Below are positions 1 to 13,532 of a stretch of DNA of 64,000 nucleotides, in pieces. Below the pieces are notes generated by a model, which saw nothing but the letters and a program-made list of their open reading frames with translations, was not told the origin of the DNA and ran no database searches. Source of the stretch: Phoronis australis. Taxonomy: Eukaryota > Animalia > Phoronida. The stretch spans positions 831,734-895,733 of the forward strand of contig NMRA01000097.1 of NCBI GenBank assembly GCA_002633005.1. Direction: 5' to 3'. The number at the start of each line of letters is the position of its first letter. Within the stretch, counting starts at the first letter, position 1. The translations under genes were made by a program, and so were the position numbers.

Positions 1-423
1 TGCTGGGAGATCAAAAGGAGAGAGCTGACACGTACCTAATAATGTCAGCATTTACCCTTAAAATGCTACTTGCAAATTAATCATTATTTCCGAGTCTGGT
101 GAAACGCAATTCGACTGAGCAATGTTGTCCTACAGTCAACCAATACCTGCAGATTCCAATAGGGGTAGAAAGAGTGTAGTTAGTCTACTGAAGTAATTCA
201 GGAAATTCCACTAGATTCTAATTTTAATGCCTTAGCCAATTAATTACAAAGGTATTGTCTCTGTATGTTTTGGCTTTCACATTATAAGTGGTGGCAGTGA
301 CATATGACAGTAGTTTTTTCACTATTTGATATGCGCTTGCGTTTTCCCAGGTGTTGCGTTAGTTTGGATTTTGAATTTGTGATGAGGGCTCCCGAGATCA
401 CAAGAACCCAAACACAAACTCAC

Positions 424-3400
424 CTGTTTGTTGATAACTTTCACCGCCCAAGCTTGGCTTGTGCTTATCTGAAAACACTGGTAGACAGTGGACGAGGCGC
501 CACTGAAAATAAGCAAAACAGGCCATGATAACGAATACGACAACATAAGTTATACAAAGTTTTCTAGCTATTGATTACCAAGGTTTCCAATGTTTGCCAT
601 AAATACTCGAAAAAAGAACTTTGCTGATAAACCACCACAAAAATTTCAGACAATTTTGCAAACACATTATGCAGACTCAAACTGAAGTTTCCCGCTTCCC
701 CTCCAACATATCAACGAGGAACTCCGGTTTGTCACAACCAACTTTACTGCAACTCCACTTCCTACTGACTGGTGACATCAGAGTTAGTTCACTGATTTAA
801 ACACCAGGTGGCATATTTGAATCGTACTCTCGAAGTAATGTATTTGAGATAATTAAACATCTACATTTACAGTGAATAAGCCTCACTTATCAGTGTTGTT
901 CTCTCAGATTTCTCTTATCATATTCTTTTACCAGCAACTATTGATGGTCGGTAATGAAAGATGCAGGAATAATGATGAATGTATCGTTGAGTCTTGCATG
1001 ACAGACTTGCGACAAGCCGAATTGAAGTTAAGAATAGGAGTTAAAGTTTCCCAACGAAGCCGAGTTGCGCAACTCCACACTTTAATCTACCTATTTTGAA
1101 AGGAGTTGCAATGGCTTAAGTCCAGTTACGCTTTCCCATAGAGCCGACCTTTGTAAAACACGAGTATTGCACTGTAGGTGGGAAAACGACATTAATAGTA
1201 CAAAACAATACCCAGCACCTTCCAGTAATTCTACTATCAGGATTTATAAAAGTCGATCAGAATCTATTTAAACACTGGCTTAATAATTTGAACGCTTCGA
1301 TAAATTGTTATAAACTCCAAGATGAAGTTCTTCGTCATTTATTTCTGCAAAACAGCCTGTTTAGACTGAAATGCCGCCAGAATCTCTTGAAGCTTAAAGG
1401 AAGTCTGCTCAATTCCAATGGCCACTTAAATATCACAACAAAGGGATGATACTGAGAACTGATGTAATCATTCCTGAGAACTTGTCTAATCTTGTGTACA
1501 CATAAGACTAGCAAGTGGGTACTTGTGCCTTGATAAATACCTGCAGATGCAGCCAGGTAAATACAAATGTAAAGATTATAGAATGACTGGGATTGTCACA
1601 CAAAGGCTGAAGGCATTATACCAGTCAGGTCAACTCCACTCCATAGACAGCTGAATAAATCTACAGGTGAATTATAACAGTGATCAAACCTCACTAGTAC
1701 AGTAGAGTTTTACCAATTTAGGAGACAGTATGGCAAACAAGTGAAATTTTGTTTTCCTTTTTTTCATACAAGTATGCCCCCCTATCAGCATGGCCAAAAA
1801 AATTACCAGCATCCCGTTTTTGAGCCATGCACAGAGTGATGAATAGAACCCCTGCATTCAACTGATCAACCAGGAAGTCTTGCCAGCTCTATGATGATTT
1901 ACACTACAATACATAACCTAGAGTTACTTTGCCTTCAATACACAATCTAGAGTTACTTTGCCTTGTGTGGCTTCAGCTTACCCTTTGCTTAATATCAAAA
2001 CCACAATATCCTACAATGGGAAGGCAAAGCTTCAGGACCAGATGACAAGAGTAAAATTATGTGCTCAGAGCCAGAATTAAGGCAATTGAGCAGATCAAGG
2101 GTAGGTGATGACATTGTCGTTTAAAGTAATTGCAAGGTAGTGCTAATTCACCCCATGCATGCTAACATTTTTAATGAGACCACTTGAGAACATTTATATG
2201 TGATAATTAACAAATTATTTCTAATTCCATAGGTAATTATCCAGACCATAACAGGATATAAAACGATGCCCACATTTTGAGAACCAGTTTGATGCCCGTC
2301 ACTTGGTGGAAAAACTGGGAGCACACTTATTGGACTATAATTATTTATTCCAGCAAAATACCAGCAAATAGTAGCAGCAACATTGCCCTTTAATTGTTGA
2401 CCATAGCAGTGGCAATAACTTTGATGAGACCAAATTTGACTGTTCATACCGCATCGAACCATCGACCCTCCATTTTTAAATCCACCTGTTTCCTACGAAG
2501 TTAACTGGTGCTGTTAAACTTCGATCCAGGACCGAACTTACGATCGTTTACACTAACCACAACTCCTCAAAACATCAACGCATTGATATTAGAATGAAAT
2601 GGGCTTTAAAACAATTATCATTAATTACAACTTTCATTACCAGTTTGCTAACTGACAAGCTTTCATACATCTTCGAATTTCTAGAACCGAAAGTTCGCGC
2701 ACTAAAACCAGGGTTGGGTTTAGTATGAACTTGGCAGCATTAACCACATATAATTTGTGAAATCGGATAATCAAACTGATCTAGTGAAAAGCCTGCTGCA
2801 CAGTGCAGGAAATAAATTCCTCTTAACTTTAGATTGCTGCTGACTTTTCGCTACTAATCTACACTAAACAATGCTGTTCATGTAATAACAATGGTCTGAC
2901 TTTGAGTCATCAAATTACTATAGTGATGTTTAATGCGACTAAGTATACACCTTGACCGAGTTGTACAGCACCAGACACTACATCACGAGTAATGGCATAC
3001 GTAGTATGCGGCAGGCATTTGAAAACGAGGTAAGCTGACAAACTACCCAACAAAAGACAGAACAAAAACCTCAAGCTTATCAGCACTGACATAGTAATTA
3101 AGTCTCCAGACAATAATTATCAGATCAAATTACCATAAGGAAGCTCAACAGACTCTGCTGTGGTTATCAACACAAGATATTCACAATGCAACTTACAAAT
3201 TCATGTATGTTGTGTGTTAAAAGTAATATAGTTTTCACCAAATACTCAGGGATCACATCCACATTTTGTTAAAAAGAAATAATGTGTGGTCCCCAATTTA
3301 TAGATTTTGACAAAAATCATTCAACTGTGCATTAGGAAAAAATACGAGTTTCATGAATCAAATAATACGAGACTTGAGTTTCGACGACAGATTGAAACAT

Positions 3401-6400
3401 AAAGCTAGACTAAACTTTAAAGTTCAGACCATTATAATTTCTTTGTTGTTTTCATTCAACCAGGTTGTTTTTTTTTCTTATGTGAAGCCAAAACATAACG
3501 ATTGTTTGGCGTTGCAAGAAGACAGAAATCTCAACTCTGCAACGAAAGATAAATTACATAAAGGTAGCATTAGTAAAGAGATCACTCCCCACTGGGAATT
3601 TTTAAATAATTTAGTATTTTCACACAACCAACGAGTTATTTAAAAACTCCCCCTTAAAAACGCAAAGTATCTAAGCAAGTTAAAACTTAATTCAGCAAGC
3701 CGAGTCAGAAAAAAATAATATGAATCAAGATAAAGTATTACATCTTGATCTAACATAATAAAAGATCGGACTATCCAAGGAAGGATGGCAGTTTTACTCC
3801 CATTTACCATAATTCCAAAAAAGCTTTCTTGTCAATTTTTTATATGTGCAGACATTTGCAATTCTTCGCTGTTTTCTCATCAACAATTTTTTCACACACT
3901 TATGAACACTTTGTTTCTAATCTCACTGATGACAGTTCTTTGCTCACAACTTTTGCATAGAGCTTATAACAGAATCTCACCACGTTCGGACAAAAATAAT
4001 TGCGAAAAGTACCCTTTTTTCATTTTGTAGGTCTTCAGAAATTGTTGTGTATGCCCAGTTATTCAATATATTTTACAGAACTTGAATATGGAAAACATAA
4101 ATTTGATGCTGCACAAAAACGAACAAATAAGGAAAATCTAATTTCACTTTTCCGCCATACTACATGCCCTAAAGTGATGAGATTTTAACGTATTTAACGC
4201 AGCATTAGTTTAGAGTTCTCAGGTGTTTTTTTATTTTTCCGAGATAAGCGATTTGTCACTTGAGTCAATGTGGTTCATAAGAAAAGAAATGTGCTTGCAG
4301 CTTATGTGAAACAAAAATCGTCATTCTTCGCCAATTCAGCACACAATTAATGGTTGACAAATATAATCTTATACTCATTGTCAAATTTCTCAAAAAATAA
4401 ATAAAAGAAAATTCAAGTCTATTCTTAGATGCCATACAAAAATATGATATCGTTTCCATTATTGCAAGGTACCAGGCCATTTGAAAAATGACTATTTCTA
4501 ATCGCCCATTATTTCATTCGAAAGAAGTGAAGAATAATGATATTCATAAGAAAAACAACAGAGCAGGTAGGAATGCATAATTGTGGAGCGAGAGGAAAGA
4601 AGATTAGTCTCCCTGATCTTGTCTGTAGCAGTAATTAGCCAAATTAGCAGCAGAAATCAATGCAAGCCTCTCACCAAGAAATGTGAGTGTTAACATCCAG
4701 AGGGACATGAAAGGTGTGAATGTTTTAATATCAAAACTGCTTCGTTTCTGCAATAATAACTAGCATCTCAGTGAACGGAATTTTAACATATTCACATTTA
4801 CGTCTAGTCATAACCCGGAATTTACCATTGTCATGACAACGGAGCAGAACCTGAATTCACAGTCAGAACAAGCCTTCCCTGGTATAACTTGAAAAACGTT
4901 ATTTGCACTGTCTACATTTACACAAGGCAAAGCTAGTAATAGTCTCTAGGAAGTGCGAAGCAATTCAGCAGTGCTCTCCTCAATAGGAACACAATATGCA
5001 ACCTTTCATCATGATTATTCAAAAAAATTGGAGGCTTTCGAGGCAGAGGGCAAATGATACAAAAACAACAGGAAGGCCACTAGGGGACACAAAGTAAGTC
5101 AAATTCATCTAAAATGAGGATGATACTGTTGCTTGTTATATATGACATGAACAGTCACAAATGAACTTCCTAGATATCATTAGGCAACGCAAACAAAACA
5201 AAATTGCCACTAGATGACGCCACAGGAGCTGGATCTGTCCCAAATTACATATCAGTCCTTCTCTCCTCAGTAGAAACACAGGCCACAAAATAACGTGGAG
5301 ATCCATCAAGGAACTTGAATTGAGCCACCAAGGCAAAAATAAAATTGCCACAAGAGGGCTGTCAGACTCATTCAAGGATCTTCATCAGCCACCCACTTCC
5401 TAGCAGGAACGCCTAGGCCAATTTTCGTCATGATTCTTAGTTTTTTGGTCGATAGAGGCAAATGTCATGAGACTAAAAAACTTAAGAATCATGACGCTAG
5501 GTGAAATTCACTAAGTCATATCTAACTGAAATGGGAAGGTATTATTAACTCTTAATAGAAACCTATCTGTCAAGTTTAATAAAAGTCTGCCAAGGAACTC
5601 TGAAGTCGCGGAAGACAACATAAAAAATAAGTAGCCGGACAGAACCATAATCAGAGCTGTCAGAAAGTCATCATCATCCATTGCCATATTCTTAGACATA
5701 GACCAGTTAAAAGATGCTACAAGAGATTTAGGACAAACAGCCAAGAAAAAAGGAAATTGCCCCTTTGAGGTGCCAGTAGTCAGAGCCATTCAAAAATTAT
5801 CAATACCTGCGTTCTCCTCACTACGAACAAATATGCCAAGTTTGATACTGTAATAATCTTACGGTGGTTTTTCAGATAGAGAGGGACGCCAAAAAATTGA
5901 CAACAAAAATGGCCACAAGGTGGCGCTCAGTACACAAAATCACTTAAAAAATTTATTCACCAAACTTTGTGAAAGTCTGTCAATGAACTGTAAAGATGCA
6001 GAGGAAAGTGTATAAAAATAAATAGCCACTAGGGGCACAGTGATAGTCGGATCCAACCGTTGTGACTTCCATAGAACTTGAATACATTTAATCGTAAAAT
6101 TCAACAAAGTTTCTGCAAGGGGTTCACGAGATACAGTCGCAGACGCAAAAAGAAATATTCCCACTAAGTAGGACCTGAATTTGCGACCCACAGGTGACCA
6201 TGTGCATCTACAAATGACGGATGAATGAAAAACTAACATGAACCAATCCGTCTGTTCTCAAAACAGTACAGAGGGCGAAAATCACGCCGTAATTTCAAAA
6301 ACGGTTAGTCTGCTAATATTTTTGAAAGAATGAATTTGGTAAACGATAAAGACATAAGCTTCAGGAAACAATTCTCAACAATAAGCAGTGAATTGTAAGT

Positions 6401-7609
6401 TAATGTTTAACCAGTGGCAAGAATTGGCGATGGAATGAGCATATAGGGGAAAAAGCTATGCTTAGTTGAGCATGGTTTGCAAAATTTCTAGAGTTATGCC
6501 CTGTAGGTGACGCAGTGGTCAGAGCTGTCCGAAAATCCTCACTTAAGCCAATCTCTTCCCTGAAGTTTCCTAATCATCATTAGAGTGGTATGGCCGATAG
6601 AGAAGCAGACGGAAATTGGAAAACAGCAAACCTTAAGGCCTACTGTAGACTACATCGAATCCATCCAAAATCAAGAAGGTCGCATCTCCTTAACAGATAT
6701 CTTTCTGCCAAATTACAAGAAAATCTGTATAGAAACTCTGAAGATACAATCAGGCAAACATAAAAATTCCACTGAATGGCACAATGCTAGATGCTACCGT
6801 TTTAGCCATACAGACGGACTGCCTGCAAAAAGGGTAATTTTTGCCAGCAGTTGAGTTCCTCACCACCTAGCTGAGTCGCTTGCCGTAAGCGAATCTTGAC
6901 GTCAAACATGTTCATTTTCTGCCATAAATTTAATAATGTGACGATAGAACAAAGGCCTCATACCCCTGCCTATGTGTGTGTCCTAATTTAAGCGGCTTGA
7001 CTACAAAAGTGCCAGTGGTCACTGTCTAGGGTAACTCAAACCTCCAGTAAAAGACCCTTGGTTGTGACCATTCATATTACTGAAGTTTTGGCTGCAAAGC
7101 AAAGAGCTATCAAAAACACCAGTTCTCAAAATCAAGAACCACCAAAACGGACGGCTGAAGGATTGGGTATCCACGGCCCAAGCACACAACAGGCTCATGT
7201 GATCATAAATTTTGAAAGCCATGCAGCATTCATTCACATCATACCATGCGACTCATGGCCTCATGTGGGGACTGGTTTCGGGGCCTAATTTTAAACGCCG
7301 TCATTTTTCAAACGGGTTCAAGAGAGAAAGCAATCGCTGTCACATGTGAATTAGATTGATTTTAATTAAGAAACATAGCGTTCAAACTCGGTGAATGGTG
7401 ACACTTTTGACTACTAGCACGAAAAGTAAACCGAGCCGATGTCGGACTGATCAATTTTCCCGGGTAATTCCAACTTATGATGCACTGAGCACCTGTGCTT
7501 TCATAAACACAAACCTTCCTAATTCTTTTCCGAGTGTGTAGTAATCTTCAAACGCTTCGTCTTTTATGCTATCCTCTATCCAGTAGTCTAGACTTTTTCC
7601 AGCAGGCAT
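424..7609 (-). CDS. CAMK4: Calcium/calmodulin-dependent protein kinase IV-like, 5' partial (coding exons 7515-7609 and 424-502; the remainder lies left of the window)
   Basis: Exon 1 reads MPAGKSLDYWIEDSIKDEAFEDYYTLGKELG with a phase-2 donor GTTTGT. Exon 2 (acceptor ATTTTCAG, donor GTGAGT) continues in frame as SGASSTVYQCFQISTSQAWAVKVINKQ. This matches the CaMKIV N-terminus (DYWI...ELGRGATSIVYRC...YALKV), i.e. kinase subdomains I-II with the glycine loop and the AxK lysine. Confidence 0.88.
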
Positions 7610-7699
7610 TTTTGCAGCGGAAATTTAAAACTTGTACCGAAACTTTTCTGACGTGCTCAACTTAGACAGTGTTGACGAAAGGTCGAACCCTTAGCAATG

Positions 7700-7707
7700 T
7701 GACGTCA
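7700..7707. promoter_or_regulatory. Perfect CRE palindrome about 90 bp upstream of the CAMK4 start codon
   Basis: TGACGTCA at 7700-7707 in a CpG-richer stretch; function inferred. Confidence 0.45.
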
Positions 7708-8624
7708 TAAGGTCATGACGCATGTGCAACATTGAATCTGTAGGCCTACCCAGCGTTATGCCCTGCCCACCAGTAAACGTCTGGGCCCCGGGTGTGGCCG
7801 GTGTTTCATCGTACGTATTGCGTTGCACTGCCGAAAAGCACACAATGATATATGAGCGTCATCGAGGCCTTCCCTGATGCAGCTAGCGGAGAAACGGACA
7901 AACGAATGACAAGTTCAAGAAATAAGGCAAAATGGCACTAGACAACGGAAAATTCAATTGGAAACACTGAAGGCGCAACTGCAAAAACTCTGATCAGTTG
8001 AATTGACAAAGCCAGCGCAACAACAACCATGTATGGAGAGATCAATTAAAAATAAGAGAAATTTTGATAAAAATTCACGTCGCGTGGAAACGAGTACCCA
8101 TCAGCTAGTCAGTGCCCGGCACTCAATGGCAAATCAATGTTATGACAAAGTATGAAGCACGGTCGTAACTAAGCTCATCGCTAGCCCGGAACTTTAAGAA
8201 CAAGTCATAATTATTGGGTTCCTAACAGAGCACGGCAGTTAAGACGCACCCGTACAGCCCAGAAAGCAACATCAAAAAATTGTCGATGTAGTCCCGACTC
8301 TGATCAGAGCCGATTGCTCCATCAGTTCTTGTGTAGTACACTACCACTATTATCTTTCGCCGGCCGTGTTAATCAAACTATAAGACGGGGATGATCTATA
8401 TGATTATTGCTAATGAAATAATTTCATAGGGAATTGACCATTCCGTGACTTGGACTGTCTCGGGTAAAATTCGGGCAAATTGATATCATTACCCTCCCTG
8501 TCTCGGCTAAAAAAAACGTGAACTAAGCCCGGACCATAGACATTAATACTGTGATGTCTATGGTCCAGACCTCACGCCTAGTACCGTATTGCCACGCCTT
8601 TATGTCCATGGGCGTCCCGCGCCT

Positions 8625-9092
8625 TGTGCGGAACTGCTCAGTTATACGCGAAACTTAGGCGCATGCGCCTGTATGCGAGCCACTTGGGTAAAAATTAAAA
8701 GCCGTAAAATCGGCATTATGTCGGACATATATATATATACGCCATACCTGGATTTGCCCCTGTTAGACACCGATTTAATTTGTTCCAGTCATTAAGAAAA
8801 TTAATGAAAGATAGCCAATTTTAAGGTGTGTTTTAAGATACTGCTATTATAAAACGACACTTGTTATCAATTTAAGTTAAGTAGAATTTTCAATAAAATT
8901 TTGTTCATGAAAAGCAAAAGTCAGTTTTTTAAACAGAAAACGCCGTGGTGCGCCTATATGCAAATTAGTGTATGGGCCTATGCAAGGGAATTAGTGCTGA
9001 GCTTATATGCAAAACTTAGGCGCATGTAACAATATGCGAACCATTTGGGTACTGAAAGCAAGCCGCAAAACTAAAGGCATTATTTCGGATAC
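8625..9092 (+). repeat. Pair of diverged direct repeats of about 105 bp (about 8625-8730 and 8990-9092)
   Basis: Both contain AAACTTAGGCGCATG...TATGCGA.CCA.TTGGGTA...AAGCCG.AAAA...GGCATTAT.TCGGA. Confidence 0.6.
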
Positions 9093-9956
9093 AGGCCTAT
9101 GGGATTAAAGGCGCGGTGACGACTCGACACGGATCCCACGGATCCATGGCGAATTTGGTGAGTTAGTCTGTTTACTATCTGCCCCTATTTTGATTCTTGA
9201 TAAGGAGGTTGGGTCACATCCCTGTATGAAGGCGGCGAGAGTAGCGCCTCCACGAAATTTCGAGTCCAGGCTCAGCCTAACTTGTACTCCTATAGTTAAT
9301 GCTGAGGCAGTCGAGTGAAAGCTAGGATTATAAATCTTTGTTCGTAAGAGCTTCTTGATCGTGAATACGTGTGAAAATCAGTGGCGGATTTAGAGGGGGC
9401 CGGGCAAGGGGCCATGATGCCCCCCCCCACCAAATTTCTCCCCAGATTACTTTAGGCAGTTCGGGGGTGCGAATGCCTGACGGGCAAAGGTTTGGTTAAT
9501 ACTCTTCCCTGCACCCCCCACCCCCACCCCCAACTTAAAATCCTCGATCCACTCCTTAAAAGGCGCCATAAAACATTGATAAAAATTTTGGGACGGCCGC
9601 CTATTTTCACGAATATACAGACGGTGAGTGCTGACAGCTTTGTGTAACACACTGCTACCTATTGAGCAAAAGATAAACGACACTGTTTCATGGGCTTCGG
9701 TTTGACAGAGTGATGTGAACTTGCATTTGAATTATTCAGTCAAGTCTACAACTTTGTTTTCAATTTTGAAATTAAAGGCAGCGGAATTTCCAAAGTCTAC
9801 CTAACCCTAAAAATACCCATTGAACTCATAGTATGATATGGGAACTGAAGGTTTGTAACACATTTTGTCGTGTTCTTGCATTCTCTCACAATGTACCGGT
9901 ATCGCAGATAAGATTTCTCCAGCATCGACTCCGATTAAACTTTTCCGCGAGTATAA

Positions 9957-10030
9957 CGTGCCCGTATTTTGAGAGCCAGATTGATGCCCGTTATTTAGTG
10001 GAGAAATCTGGTTCTCAAAATTCGGGCACG
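9957..10030. mobile_element. Palindromic core of a short MITE; one-armed copies at about 2265-2318 and 14567-14621
   Basis: CGTGCCCGTATTTTGAGAGCCAGATT pairs with AATCTGGTTCTCAAAATTCGGGCACG. The motif ATGCCC-ATTTTGAGAACCAGTTTG-TGCC recurs at the two other sites. Confidence 0.6.
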
Positions 10031-12479
10031 CTATGTCAGACCTTTACCGTTAGAGAACGTGACTTTGGGGATTTTTTGTACGCGAATCAATGAACGTGAT
10101 TCGTACTTTTCAGTGTATAAATAACGAGAATTGATTCAATTCAATGGATTTGAATTTTAGCCGTCACATTCGTCACTAAAAAGCACGCTATGCTGGCGGA
10201 GCTCAACCCTATTCGATAAATGGCTGATGAAGAAGTCATCGGCTTTCATTTCGGGGAATGTTTGGCAGACAACGGCGAAAATTGGCGACTTGTAATCAAA
10301 TCACATGCAGATGTTGTTGTTTATGGCGCGAAAGCTAATAACTTTAACAATAATCCCAAAAATGCGTTTTTCGGTTGTAAAACCGAGACTCACATACTCT
10401 CTTGAAGCGTTCCTACAAAGGATTTTTTGCACTGTTTGAGGTATTTAATAATTTTATAACATAGAATCAAGCTAAAGAAACGGTTATTTTGGGAAATAAT
10501 TGAGACAGTTTGCAGGGAAAGATTGTTACAGTCGTCAAGTCGAGCTCTGAAAATATCCTAAGGTTATTGCTAAATATCATCAAAAATGTAGATCAAGTTG
10601 TTTTGGGGAACTCGTTTACAAAAAAAGAAGTTCGTCCGATACGAATATGCAGCCGATTGCATTTTTGAGGTGATTGAAAGCCATGGTTGAAGACAAACAT
10701 TACCAATGTTTTAATTGTTGTGGCAATTTCAGTGGCTGCACTCTTAATTAATTTGAACGATTTTAAATGATTGCAGGAGCGTAGGGAGGCAAAAATTATT
10801 GAGGGGGCACAAATCAAATCGACTTCACCAAACAACACCCCCTTCCTATCGCCACCCCCCCACCCGCCATATTTGTACCGAATACCCCCACGTCGGCCAT
10901 AAGTGGGATGAGCAATGAACAATCCCGGGGATGAAGCCATCAGGATTTGAGTAACTCCATTGCATGGGCCAAGTTTCATGGGGAGTAAGAATGAACCTAG
11001 GGCCAGCGCACTGACGGGTCGCTGGGAGCTGCCTCAAATTAGTATCTGATAACAGTGAGAAAATTCCTAAGTCGATGAATTAAAGCTCAGTAATGATTCA
11101 CTTGAGACAGGTAGCTTAGCTCGCTGCCAGGTCAAGATTCGTTTTATTATCATCCAGTTTCGGGAAAAGTTCGTTTTATTATCATGATGGTCATTATTTG
11201 AAAAGGTAAAGTCCCAAGGTCGCTAGTATAGTGCCTTTGGGGCTGTTTCAAAATATCTCGTTGAAATACGTCTGGTAGTCCAATTTCTGATGGCTGGGGA
11301 AAATGATTCAGAGTGTGTCCCAAAATGTATACACTTTAACGCTTGGAGTTCAAATTTAGCCTCCGGTGGGTCAAGGCACCATTACAGCGTCCTGTCGTTG
11401 GCAGTAAATTTTCCAGACGTGAGGGGTGCTGAACGTGCGATAACATCTGGCTTACAGTAACTTAACGCTCATTTTTATCAGCCCACCCCAGTCAGGCTAG
11501 ATACGATCTGATAGGAGATTAGAGCAATTATCAAAAAAGAGCGCAGGCCCTCCAACCATCAACGCCAGAATGGAGTTAATTGGCTACGGGGGTCACTTCC
11601 CAACTTGTTGTTGGGCTATACAATCGAAAAAGTTGGGAGCAATGGGATGTCGCCGTCACTAAATGCCCAGATTCTGTGTGGGCCTACCAGGTAACACCTA
11701 ACGTGGGTGCCGCGTCAGTCATATGACGTGCTTCGCCTGTGTAGTAAAGCCCGGCTACATCAGTGGGAATGAGAGAAGAGACCTTAAAAGCCGGTTGTAA
11801 GATTTACAAAAAAAACAACAGGAAAATCAGTAGAGATGATCGATTATAACATTGGGTCCTCTCTTCCTAAGCGGTCCCTTAAGAATAACACGAAAAGAGT
11901 GGCCACTTGGATGTCATCAATTGCACCGTGAAGGGCTGGGTCCCTAATTAAATATGACAAGATTGAAAGATCAGCCGGGAAAGGCGCAGCAATTGATGTT
12001 ATCTGTCAGGTCATCAATTTTTCACGAGTGATATAAAATTTCGAGAAAAAAAAATAAAGCGATAGTTGTCTCCATTACCCCTTGCCAGAGAGGAGCCTCT
12101 AGAAAAATATGGCTTTCGTTGCATTCAGAAAATTGCCTTAAAATTTTCTCTGTCCGTTAGTGAAGGCACGGTCACTCCAGCATGACCGCAATCAGTACAG
12201 TCACCCAATTCACCGTTCATTAATTGACAAATTGCACAAAATGAGTAACTTAAAAAACGTGAACTCTTTACATTTTAAAATTGGACTGAGCTCAAACATG
12301 TTAAAATAAAATTTCCAGGTGACTATGCTCGCGAAACCTGTTTTAAAGCTCCTCGGAGCTCAGGCGCCGCTTTGGCCCAGTTCAGACCTACTGTGCCCGC
12401 TGTCTTGGCCTGACCATAGACATTCTTCTACTACGGCCTGACACTAAGGACTGTACTTGCTGACACTAACCCGCGCCAC

Positions 12480-12843
12480 CTTGTGACTGGCTGGGAAAAT
12501 CAAGCCATTTGACGTCATCAAAAGACGTGATGACGTCATGGTTGGGTAAACGTAGTCACAACAACCTGCATCATGGCGGAAGAAATTTCGCTGGATAACT
12601 GAATATAACTTGTAATGAAGCTGTACTGTTGGTAAAGGTATGTTCGATTTTTAGGAATAATGTTTCAATTTTCACTTTCCTTTTGTTTTGTTTGCAGTCT
12701 GGCCGCATCGTAGCCCGAGAGCCCCGGCCCGAAGCCTTCCCAAATCCCATTGGAAGTCCCAGGTCGGGAAATGTGCACATCGAGACATCGAGTAGACTGT
12801 ACAGTCGGAGCCAGTGCCAGTGCCAGTGCCAGTGGTCCGTAGG
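12480..12843 (+). promoter_or_regulatory. Probable kinesin promoter and non-coding 5' exons
   Basis: Two perfect CREs (12510-12517, 12531-12538) and CATGGCGG (YY1-like) at 12572. Donor AAG|GTATGT at 12637/8, a strong acceptor ending at 12697, donor AGG|GTAGGC at 12843/4, and an acceptor at 14392 just before the kinesin ATG. Confidence 0.5.
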
Positions 12844-13532
12844 GTAGGCGTAGAGCTGGAGAGTGACCATCGTCTCTAGCTGGGTATCCCACCCCCCTCC
12901 CATTAATTGTTTACAATGTGAGGACATTGACCTACGCTCATGATTTTGAGCTAATTTACCGACACTCATATTTTGCAGAGCGTGGCTCCTTTAGTTCAAA
13001 CTGACCGAGACCTGTCTATCCCGAGTTACAGTCTCAAGGGTTTGAATTCCTATAACGACCCTGGTATGCATACACCAATAAGAATCTGTGAAACAGAAGT
13101 TGTTCTCGAGGTTCAAATAAGCAGAGAGTATCACTTCAGAGAATTTCGTGGAAAAGTAGTCAAGTTATCACAATTTGGAAAAGGGTGAAATGCTGCCCCT
13201 TGATGCTCCATGTTATCTCAAGAAAACTTTGGGGAATCTCACAGCCAAATGCCATTCAGAATTGATGATGCTGTTTCATTCATTAGCAACAGGTGCGAAC
13301 ATGGCGGTGTCAACTGGGAAATAGTGCGAACAGAAACTTGACTGAATAGTGAGGAAATGCGGTAGGGGACACATTCATATATTTTTGGAATGAGAATGAT
13401 AGGTGGAACGATAGCAAAATCATGTGTGTAGGTCAATTTCTTAACATTGTAAACAATTCCCTCCCCCCCCCCCCTCCCCCCAATATGCCAGCTTTTCGAC
13501 TAATTATGTCTCACGCTGATAGTATTAAGTAT

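Noticed and set aside
7850-8250. Purine-rich stretch with coiled-coil-like peptide fragments upstream of CAMK4
   Set aside because: It contains multiple stops, no splice-consistent model and no recognisable family; it may be a decayed element.
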